In this document: positions 1 to 7,599 of the stretch, one piece after another
How the letters are laid out: each line of letters opens with the position of its first letter
Position numbering within the stretch: the first letter of the stretch is position 1
Origin: Alphaproteobacteria bacterium
GTDB lineage: Bacteria; Pseudomonadota; Alphaproteobacteria; CAAHEQ01; UBA3637
Direction: 5' to 3'
Assembly: GCA_017453485.1 (NCBI GenBank)
Contig: JAFTEW010000056.1
Span: 5,141-69,140, forward strand
Length of the DNA: 64,000 nucleotides
The notes under the pieces: model-generated
What the model was told of the DNA's origin: nothing
Seen by the model: only the letters and a program-made list of their open reading frames with translations
Databases searched by the model: none
Program-made: the position numbers and the translations under genes

Positions 1-1330
1 TTTGAGCATAGTTCGCATCTGAAATATCCGCCGAAGCAAAGGCAGCGCGCACAAAACTTTCACCCCATTCTTTATTATACTCCATTTCGGTTTGCATTAA
101 ACCGTTTACACGAAACATAACCGTCGTATGGTCGGCCACAACGATATGAATATCGGACACCCGTTGCATAGCGGCACGTGATATAATCGTGACGAAATCC
201 CGCTGCATTCGGACCTGTTCCTGAGCATTCGTTTCAACAACCGGCGGAATAAAACTTTTTGTCGCATTACGGGCAGCATACTCATAAATATCATTGATAA
301 CAATGGTGGGAACATACTCCGGCTTACCGATTTGTAAACGCCGTTTGCGGGCCAAATATTCAAATCCCAAAACCTTTCCGTCAAACCGTGCGGCTTCGGC
401 CACAAAGAAACGACCATTTGAGAATAAGGCCAACAAAGCCCGTGTATCATCTTTAACCGGGAAAGAACCGTTCGCCACGGTCACACATTCGTTACCATTG
501 GAAAATAAATCTTCCAAAAATGATTCTGATTTATAGTCCGCATCATCCGATATCGCTTCTGCACCATCCTGGGGCGAATTATTTGCTTCGGTTTCCTGAT
601 CATTTTCAGTTTCCAAAGTCTCTTCTGTTTTTGTTGTTTCGATCGTTCCCGTTTCCGGTGGTTTTACCTCCTGTTCTTCCATAGCAACGATCGGTTCATC
701 CGGCACAACCGATTCTTCTTTCGTTTCTTCTTCAACAGGAAAATCGGGAATCATTGGCTCAGGGGCCGGCGTAGAAATCGATTCTAAATGTTCTTCAAAT
801 TCTGTTTCTTCATCTGTGTAATTTCCCGAGGAAGAATCATTACTTTCGTTATCCGAAGTTTCTTCTGCTTCGGCCGATACCTCATTATCAGCCAAATCAT
901 CATTATCAACTTTTTCCGTTTCATCTTCGTTTAAATCCGATAAAGCAGATTCAGGCTGATTTTCCATATCGTTATTCAAATCTGATGCCACCGGGCTGAC
1001 CCGATCTTCTGTTTCCCCGTCACTTACATCCGGTAAAACCGGTTCTGCTTGATTTTCCGGCGTGAAATCGGCAACCGGAATAACCGGAATAACCGGGGCA
1101 GGGACAGATTGAAATTCATCCGAATTCGATTGATCTGTTTCATCCATCCGCTCATCGATAGGCGAATCTTGTAAAAAAGACGGATACGATTGCGGTTCAT
1201 CTGTTGAGGAAGTCGGCAATACGGGAGCAGGCACAATCGGCGGCGGAATAGGAGCCCCACCTACCGACGACTCAGGCGCATCAGCTTCCGAAAAAGCGGT
1301 CTGCCTGTCTTTCTCTTTTTCCTCAAACAT
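1..1330 (-). CDS. Type IV pilus / T2SS-family secretion ATPase (GspE/PilB/PilQ-like), 3' end outside the window. It carries a ~260-aa acidic (D/E/P-rich) N-terminal extension.
   Basis: I translated the minus strand by hand from the ATG at 1330 (frame 1 mod 3). It is open to position 1 with no stops, about 443 codons. The C-proximal part reads ...RVSDIHIVVADHTTVMFRVNGLMQTEMEYNK..., matching the N2-domain 'ASDIHIE...FRxRxDG' motif of GspE/PilB ATPases. The N-terminal 260 aa are low-complexity, rich in E/D/P/S/T. The gene is absent from the ORF track, presumably because its stop lies outside the window. A GGGG-rich RBS-like stretch precedes the ATG. Confidence 0.7.
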   Translation of the reverse strand, partial: MFEEKEKDRQTAFSEADAPESSVGGAPIPPPIVPAPVLPTSSTDEPQSYPSFLQDSPIDERMDETDQSNSDEFQSVPAPVIPVIPVADFTPENQAEPVLPDVSDGETEDRVSPVASDLNNDMENQPESALSDLNEDETEKVDNDDLADNEVSAEAEETSDNESNDSSSGNYTDEETEFEEHLESISTPAPEPMIPDFPVEEETKEESVVPDEPIVAMEEQEVKPPETGTIETTKTEETLETENDQETEANNSPQDGAEAISDDADYKSESFLEDLFSNGNECVTVANGSFPVKDDTRALLALFSNGRFFVAEAARFDGKVLGFEYLARKRRLQIGKPEYVPTIVINDIYEYAARNATKSFIPPVVETNAQEQVRMQRDFVTIISRAAMQRVSDIHIVVADHTTVMFRVNGLMQTEMEYNKEWGESFVRAAFASADISDANYAQ

Positions 1331-1348
1331 CACCGCCCCAATATTTAC

Positions 1349-2476
1349 TTATTTCATCGCCGGCCGAAAAACAAGGTGATCTATCCGATTACCAAAAGCA
1401 ACCGTCATACCGTCGCGTTTAATTTCACGCACAACATGTCCAGACGGGAGAATATCATCCTGCTTAACTACCAAAACACTTCCGTCTTGTTTATTTTTAA
1501 GGCGAACCGTTAAGTCTTGCCCGATACCCCGAATACTGTCAATAGTATATAACTCTTCCATATTAGAGGGAACAGCCTTTGTCGCAGGCGCATCCGAATC
1601 GGCAACTTCTGTATCATTTTCCGAAGAAGATGTAATATGTTTCATAACTTCTTCCCGCACTTTATCCCGATTTTCTTCTTGTTCGGCAATCTTACGGGCC
1701 AAAGCCTCCTCTTCGGCTTGTTTCTTTTCGATTTCAAGCCGCAGTTTTTCCTGTTCCTGCCACCATTGAATACGGCTACGCACAACATCCTCACGTTTAG
1801 AAATTTCATCTAATCGTTGTTGACGATAGGTGGCCTTTAACTTTTCCAAATCATTTTTCAATCTTTCTTTTTCCAACTGCAATTTCAAAAAAGTATTGCC
1901 CCGTTCCAAATCGGCCATCTCTTGAAAAACTTCTGGTGTTATTCTTCCCAATAGCTGCTCATTCGGTAAATCCTTACCGGATACAGATGGTGCCATCGGC
2001 ATCGGCCCGTTAATGGATACATCGTTAATTCCCGGAATTGGTGCCAACTCTAATGACCCCAAAGACGGTCTGTTCGGAAAATCTACAATGGCTTTCCCGG
2101 AGATAGAGGGATTTTGCAGTTCTTCATCCAACCGTTTTTTATTCTCTGCCCGGACAGCTTCCGGCGTCATTGGGTCAGCGTTTCCGTTTTCACCAACTGT
2201 AATAGTCGGTTGCTGGGCTTTAACGGCACCTGTCTCTTCGGATTTTGAAACCGAACGACCGGGATTACTTTTAGGCATAATCTGAGGTACTTGAATCTCC
2301 GGAGCCGGCTCAACCGCCGCAGTTGCCGTTTCATTCACAGATACATCCTGAGCCTGTGCCGACAATCCGAATAATGCAATTGATGTCAATAAAATTGAAG
2401 ATAAAGAAATAAATTTATTTTGCATAGATTCTCCCCTCATAAGTCCATTTGTTGCCCGATCCGATCGTCGGATCAA
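1349..2476 (-). CDS. PilP/GspC-like periplasmic pilus assembly protein (signal peptide, long coiled coil, C-terminal beta domain). The true start is probably at MQNKF (about 2425).
   Basis: Signal peptide MQNKFISLSSILLTSIALFGLSAQA. A central K/E/R-rich coiled coil follows. The C-terminus (YTIDSIRGIGQDLTVRLKNKQDGSVLVVKQDDILPSGHVVREIKRDGMTVAF) fits the PilP/GspC HR-domain pattern. It sits between the secretin-side genes and the ATPase. Confidence 0.55.
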   Translation of the reverse strand: MIRRSDRATNGLMRGESMQNKFISLSSILLTSIALFGLSAQAQDVSVNETATAAVEPAPEIQVPQIMPKSNPGRSVSKSEETGAVKAQQPTITVGENGNADPMTPEAVRAENKKRLDEELQNPSISGKAIVDFPNRPSLGSLELAPIPGINDVSINGPMPMAPSVSGKDLPNEQLLGRITPEVFQEMADLERGNTFLKLQLEKERLKNDLEKLKATYRQQRLDEISKREDVVRSRIQWWQEQEKLRLEIEKKQAEEEALARKIAEQEENRDKVREEVMKHITSSSENDTEVADSDAPATKAVPSNMEELYTIDSIRGIGQDLTVRLKNKQDGSVLVVKQDDILPSGHVVREIKRDGMTVAFGNRIDHLVFRPAMK

Positions 2477-3734
2477 ATCCGATTTTTATAAATTCCAACC
2501 CGGAAAATTTATCAAAAAATACTTTCCATTCCTGTGGTGAATAAGGCGAACTGATTGAAAACGAAAAATATTTATACATTTGTTGATTTGGCGGAACCGT
2601 CCCGTCCGGATTATCCGGCGGATCTTTAATAGACTGTTCGGAAAACTGTATCGGCAAGGCCGTTGCCTGCTTGATATCCGTTAATTGCTCCCGAATTTGA
2701 TCCGCCGTTAAAGATGGTAAGGACACCACTAATGGAATATCCGTAAAACGAATATTGGCACTGGCCGACGTCCCGGACGGATCCATTTGAACTTCTACCT
2801 TGTTTAACTTATATCGCTCCAAAGCAACTTTCATCCAGGTAAGCCTTGCCCCGCGAGCATTGGTAATACGCCAATCGGTCGTTATTCCCTTAGGTGTACA
2901 GGTGACCGATCCGATCTGCCAATAGGGAATTGTAATTGAATCTAATTGATAGGCATTATTCCAGCACCGATTAATCAAGATATCTGTTTGCGGAACCCGT
3001 TCCCAAGGCTTTGGTTTTTCCGGTGCCGGTTCTTGCGGGCGCATAACCTCAGGCGTCGGCATTTGAATAATAGGGGCCTGTTCAAACACGCTGGCAATAA
3101 AACGAACAGCCAAATAGAACAAAAATGCCAAAGCGACGACGACCAAAACAGCCAAAATAACCAATATCTGTGTTTTTTTGGCAGCACTTAATTCAAATAA
3201 CCGCGTTTTACGGATATTTTCAATCAGGGTTTTTAAATCCCTTTGTTCAGCTCCTTCCACATTCCATTCTGCCGGAACGATCCGGATATCCCAATCCGGA
3301 ACAGCCATCATAGCAAAAAAGGCTTTCTTGGCATCATCTTCCGTATGGAACAGAACATCTTCTTCGGCCAAAATCAAGTCATTCCGGATAGCGACAAACC
3401 ACCATCCTTCATTGACCTTAAACACACAGCAAGCAGACGTCTTATCGGACAATGCCGTTGCCACCGAAGCCGCCAATGCAGGCTCACCGCTATGATGGCC
3501 ATACATCGTACGGCCCAAGCCATATTGCGGCGCAACAGATGTTCTTTGACAATAAAGATCAGCACCGGCTTCGGCTTCCATAGCTTCCCGAATTTCAGGA
3601 ATAGCATCATCCTGATTTTGAAGCGGAGCCCACAACAAGCCGACAGCATATTTCGTCCCGTCAATCGTGACGTTGCCACCACCGGCGGAACGATTTATTG
3701 TCTCAACATTCGTGTTATTCTGTGTATCAGCCAT
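2415..3734 (-). CDS. Bitopic inner-membrane pilus biogenesis protein (PilO-like of type IVb systems). Cytoplasmic N-domain, one TM helix, periplasmic C-domain.
   Basis: 439 aa. TM segment ILVILAVLVVVALAFLFYLAV near the middle. GGGGAGAG RBS before the ATG. Position immediately downstream of the secretin as in R64-type pil operons. The assignment rests on topology and context, not on a recognised motif. Confidence 0.45.
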   Translation of the reverse strand: MADTQNNTNVETINRSAGGGNVTIDGTKYAVGLLWAPLQNQDDAIPEIREAMEAEAGADLYCQRTSVAPQYGLGRTMYGHHSGEPALAASVATALSDKTSACCVFKVNEGWWFVAIRNDLILAEEDVLFHTEDDAKKAFFAMMAVPDWDIRIVPAEWNVEGAEQRDLKTLIENIRKTRLFELSAAKKTQILVILAVLVVVALAFLFYLAVRFIASVFEQAPIIQMPTPEVMRPQEPAPEKPKPWERVPQTDILINRCWNNAYQLDSITIPYWQIGSVTCTPKGITTDWRITNARGARLTWMKVALERYKLNKVEVQMDPSGTSASANIRFTDIPLVVSLPSLTADQIREQLTDIKQATALPIQFSEQSIKDPPDNPDGTVPPNQQMYKYFSFSISSPYSPQEWKVFFDKFSGLEFIKIGFDPTIGSGNKWTYEGRIYAK

Positions 3735-3742
3735 TCTCTCCC

Positions 3743-5389
3743 CTAGAAATCACGCATTCTGGATTCCGGCGACATAGGCGATTCTAAGACTTCCGGTGTA
3801 ATTAAAATAACCATGACATCCCGAGTTGCCTCATTATTTGCCGTTCCACCCAGCAGATTTACTTTGGCCTCTCCGATACCGGATGTGCTAATGTTTTGGG
3901 TCACCTTTTCAAAGCCTGTTAAAACCAAGGTTGAACCGGATGTCATCATGATTTCTTGTAAGAAACCGCGCATTTCCATCTTTGGCAACTGAACGGTTGT
4001 GACTTCATTATCTCCATCATCGTTCGTTGTCGTGCTACCTTCATCTTCGGAGGAAGAATCATTACTTGTCCCCTGATTACCCGTTGTAAAGCGTTCCAAC
4101 TCTAACAAGTTTGATAATGTCATTGAGAATAACAAAACCAACCGTCCGTGGTCCAAAATCCGCGGTAAAATCTCCATTGAGAACCCGTAATTCAACGTAT
4201 CCGTATCCAAATCCGTATCTGAACTGGTTGTCGAACTGCCGTAATTATTGGTCACGCTGACTTCCCGCACATAGTTCTTGGACGTTGTAATTTGAACCGG
4301 TGCCACTTTATTATTCAATGTTGTCACACTGGCACTGGTCACCAAGGATGTCTTACCCTGTGTTGACAGAGCCTGAATAATACCCTGCGTCCCTTTCCAA
4401 CGGGATGTCGGTCGCAACAGTGTCATACTGAGCGCACCGGCCAAAGCCCCGTCACCGGCAATTGCACCAGACGGTCCCGTAAATACCGTGCTGATATTGT
4501 TGGACTTAAAGACAGCATTTAAATTCAAACCGTAAGCATCACTGTTTTCCAATTGAACCTGCAAGACTTTAACAGAAATAGCCACCTGACGGGATAATTT
4601 TTCATTCCAGTTAGCAATATAACTAGCCACCCGTTGCATCACAAACGGACTGGCTGTCACGGTTGCCGTTCCTGCTGTCTTACTAAACACCACTTTGCCT
4701 TGGTCACCCAAAACTTGTTTTACACCTTCTTCAATGCTATTCCATAAAGCCAAATCAACCGATGTAGACAAAGACGAACTACCGACATCAGGAATATCCC
4801 CCCCCATGGATGCCCCTTTCAGATCAGCCGACATTTTGCTTTCCGTAGGCAAAGCATAGATGGAAAAGATTCGGGTTTCTTTGGTGAACAAAGTAATTTT
4901 TCCATTTTTATACCGCCACCAAACGCCATATCTGTTGGATAGATAATTCAACAGCCCGCTCAACTTACCGGCATAATCAACAGCCACAGCCTCTTGCGGA
5001 ACCGCATTTTCAGCTTTCAAATCATCCAATCGCACTTCAATTCCGGTCAAATCCGTAATTTCCTGAGCCAACAGAGACAATGTTGAATCCTGTGCAATAG
5101 CCAGCGTAATACTGTCATCCTGTTCTAATTCATCCGGCAAAGGATCCCCTTCCATAATTTTCATACTGGAATTGCCGAGCCAAATATCATTATGCATCCG
5201 AACGGTATCTACAGCCTCCGGTAAATCGGGGATTTCGGAGCGTTGCCGATATTCTTCGGTCCGTTCCAAAACGGTTTCAATTTTTTTATTGGTCTTATCT
5301 ACATAGTAATTGCACGCCGACAACAAAAGAGCACAGCCTAATGCCCCCGCCAACAAAGCCTTTCTCATCAAACTATCTTTCATTTTCAT
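3743..5389 (-). CDS. Secretin (lipoprotein-type, PilN/BfpB/TcpC-like outer-membrane channel)
   Basis: Lipobox LLLSAC. N0-like domain (ITLAIAQDSTLSLLAQEITDLTGIEVRL). C-terminal secretin core (LNNKVAPVQITTSKNYVREVSVT..., LPKMEMRGFLQEIMMTSGSTLVLTGFEKV..., RDVMVILITPEVL) is typical of the GspD/PilQ family. The start may be at the second or third Met (5383 or 5368). Confidence 0.85.
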   Translation of the reverse strand: MKMKDSLMRKALLAGALGCALLLSACNYYVDKTNKKIETVLERTEEYRQRSEIPDLPEAVDTVRMHNDIWLGNSSMKIMEGDPLPDELEQDDSITLAIAQDSTLSLLAQEITDLTGIEVRLDDLKAENAVPQEAVAVDYAGKLSGLLNYLSNRYGVWWRYKNGKITLFTKETRIFSIYALPTESKMSADLKGASMGGDIPDVGSSSLSTSVDLALWNSIEEGVKQVLGDQGKVVFSKTAGTATVTASPFVMQRVASYIANWNEKLSRQVAISVKVLQVQLENSDAYGLNLNAVFKSNNISTVFTGPSGAIAGDGALAGALSMTLLRPTSRWKGTQGIIQALSTQGKTSLVTSASVTTLNNKVAPVQITTSKNYVREVSVTNNYGSSTTSSDTDLDTDTLNYGFSMEILPRILDHGRLVLLFSMTLSNLLELERFTTGNQGTSNDSSSEDEGSTTTNDDGDNEVTTVQLPKMEMRGFLQEIMMTSGSTLVLTGFEKVTQNISTSGIGEAKVNLLGGTANNEATRDVMVILITPEVLESPMSPESRMRDF

Positions 5390-6257
5390 CCTCCTGCGTG
5401 CTGATGACTAGCACCCGATTACCCTGATAAAACGTTCCGATCGGTGCCGGTGTTGCCCGAGCAAACGACCGAATTAAAGCACCGGAAACTTCCGTAAATG
5501 TTCCCTGGAATATAACACCGGCTTCTAAACGATAATCCCGATCCAGTTGCCAAATAACAGTCCATCCGGATTTTTCTCCCCAATCCTTCAACAACCGACG
5601 CAAAGTATTTCCCGAATCGGCTTCCCAAGAATGAACACCTTCACCATAGGCAATTTTTTCAGCCAACGTCATTTCCCAAACAGGTTTCTCTTCTTCTGTC
5701 GCCTCTTCCGAAGAAGCCTTAACCTTCGTCGTTGTTTCCGTAATGGTTGTTTTAACTTTCTTCAAAGGAATCATCCCGGCCGGAACCGCCGCTGCCGTAT
5801 CCGCCGCTTCACCGACAACCTGAACCGATGTTTCCGTATCAGATGAGGTTTCTAAAACAGCCCCCGGCAAAGCCGTAGAGGAATACATAACCTTTTCCCC
5901 CGGCAATCCGTTTGCTTCCAAAATAGCTTTTTTTTGTTCAGCCAAAGCTTGTCTTTCCCGAACAGACATCATTCCCTGTCCGGCAGGCCGTGACACGGCA
6001 ATTGTATCATCCTGAGTTTGGATAAACTGATTAGTCAGATAATCATCTGTTTCCACACAATCATCGGCCTCACAAGCCACATCAAATGTTTCCAATCTAT
6101 CCGTATCCTGAATAACGGGAGTTGCTTGTTCATCCATAGTCCATTCATCGTTAAACGCTTCATCGCCAGAAGATAAAGAACAAGCCCCCAATCCCAGGGC
6201 GCACAGCATCGTTCCCGTCAGGATTGTTTTTTGAAATATCGTCTGTTTTCCCATCAT
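5373..6257 (-). CDS. Pilus-associated lipoprotein (possible PilL/TcpQ-like pilotin)
   Basis: Lipobox ALGLGACSLSS. Acidic, T-rich linker. Conserved-looking C-terminal block SGNTLRRLLKDWGEKSGWTVIWQLDRDYRLEAGVIFQGTFTEVSGALIRSF. It lies directly upstream of the secretin and overlaps it by a few nt. Confidence 0.45.
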   Translation of the reverse strand: MMGKQTIFQKTILTGTMLCALGLGACSLSSGDEAFNDEWTMDEQATPVIQDTDRLETFDVACEADDCVETDDYLTNQFIQTQDDTIAVSRPAGQGMMSVRERQALAEQKKAILEANGLPGEKVMYSSTALPGAVLETSSDTETSVQVVGEAADTAAAVPAGMIPLKKVKTTITETTTKVKASSEEATEEEKPVWEMTLAEKIAYGEGVHSWEADSGNTLRRLLKDWGEKSGWTVIWQLDRDYRLEAGVIFQGTFTEVSGALIRSFARATPAPIGTFYQGNRVLVISTQEDENER

Positions 6258-6311
6258 AAACTCCTTTATTCTGATACCTTACTTTATTTTATCGCATAAA
6301 ACAAGTCTTTT

Positions 6312-7373
6312 TTACCACTTTTTTACCCGTGACATATTTTTAGGTAATTTTGCTTCTTTCTTCATCCGAACTGTTTCCGTCGGTTCCGGCCGCGGCACTG
6401 CCCGGAGCAACATCGTATCAACCGGTCGATTCGTATAATTTACAACGATTTGATGGGTTGACAACCCGACCCCTTGTAAAACGCCTTTTACCAAAGCCAA
6501 TCGTTTATCTTGTAAGTCGGCTTCGGCACAACTGGACCGAATTTCAACAATCAAACGCGGATCTTGCAGAGCAGCAACAGCAAAAGCACGCACCCATTTT
6601 AAAGTTTGCCCCGAAAAAGCGCTGGCCTTCGGATAAAAGGTTATCCGCACTTCATGCGGCATTTTGAAAGGAATGCGACCACCGTCTTTTAAACCGTTAA
6701 ACATCTGATCCGCATATTCGTTGGGAACAATAATCCGTTCACGTGTTGGTAAGGCCGGTTCAGCAACCTCTCCGGCATTAACCGGTGCCAATGGAATCAA
6801 CAACCGCCCTCCGGCTGACTTAAATTCCGGTTGTTCTTCCTCGGACAAAGAAATACTCTGTTTTTTTGCCTGCTCCGTTTTTGCCTGGATTTTAGTTGAA
6901 GAATCATTTTTTACCTGATGGCCGGTCCCTATTTTAACGGGCTGACCGTTGGCAGCACCCGTTTTATCTATATCCGTCTCTTGTCCCAGAACCCGCGAAG
7001 TTGTCGTAGTTGTCGTTCGAACAATTGCCTCCTGACCGACCGAAACAGGTGTTTCAATCACAACCGGCTCATACTTAGTTTCAACAGTCGTTTGACGCTC
7101 CACGGTTGCCGTTTCCCCCGGAAGCAAGTATGTCGGCAGCAGAAAATCACCGTCCGCCGTCACCGTTGCAACAGCTTCATCCGACAGAGCCCCTTGTTCA
7201 TCCGGAAGCAATTCCCCCGATTCGGTTTTACCCGACACACCGATTGACGTATCTGCCGAAACAATTTCATTAATATCGCCATCGGCTCGGACAAAAGCCG
7301 GCAAGAGCACAGCCCAAACCGCACATGTTGTAAAAACAATGGAAGTATTTAATTTATAACGCATTTTATTCAT
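6312..7373 (-). CDS. Secreted protein with C-terminal OmpA-like peptidoglycan-binding domain
   Basis: Signal peptide. T-rich linker. C-terminal block HEVRITFYPKASAFSGQTLKWVRAFAVAALQDPRLIVEIRSSCAEADLQDKRLALVKGVLQGVGLS..IVVNY follows the OmpA_C pattern. It is the first gene of the assembly operon after the pilin-like gene. Confidence 0.5.
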   Translation of the reverse strand: MNKMRYKLNTSIVFTTCAVWAVLLPAFVRADGDINEIVSADTSIGVSGKTESGELLPDEQGALSDEAVATVTADGDFLLPTYLLPGETATVERQTTVETKYEPVVIETPVSVGQEAIVRTTTTTTSRVLGQETDIDKTGAANGQPVKIGTGHQVKNDSSTKIQAKTEQAKKQSISLSEEEQPEFKSAGGRLLIPLAPVNAGEVAEPALPTRERIIVPNEYADQMFNGLKDGGRIPFKMPHEVRITFYPKASAFSGQTLKWVRAFAVAALQDPRLIVEIRSSCAEADLQDKRLALVKGVLQGVGLSTHQIVVNYTNRPVDTMLLRAVPRPEPTETVRMKKEAKLPKNMSRVKKW

Positions 7374-7548
7374 TCCTTTTTGGCCAAATTATGGAATTGA
7401 TAAGATATCTTTTCCAAAGATACAAGAAAAATGTTTAATTTTTTATTAACAAGAAGGACTTTTTCCCATAAACATGCAATAAAAGTCCGCTCCTTGTCAA
7501 AAAGGATTCAAAGAATATCAAGATAACGTAACCTCTACAATGCTATAT

Positions 7549-7576
7549 AAAAAAGGTAGCGAGAAGCTCTCGCTAC
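7549..7576 (-). terminator. Rho-independent terminator downstream of the pilin-like gene
   Basis: Perfect 9-bp stem GGTAGCGAG/CTCGCTACC with a 4-nt loop. On the minus strand it is followed by a T6 run (A6 at 7549–7554 on the plus strand). It lies 25–50 nt past the stop of the 7600..10725 gene. Confidence 0.6.
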
Positions 7577-7599
7577 CCTTACATTCGATAATAATCGAA

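Noticed and set aside
106-536. ORFs 106..450 (-) and 294..536 (+) at the window start
   Set aside because: They overlap the hand-translated ATPase frame (frame 1 mod 3, no stops from 1330 to 1), which carries a clear GspE N2-domain motif. The listed ORFs are out of frame and motif-free.
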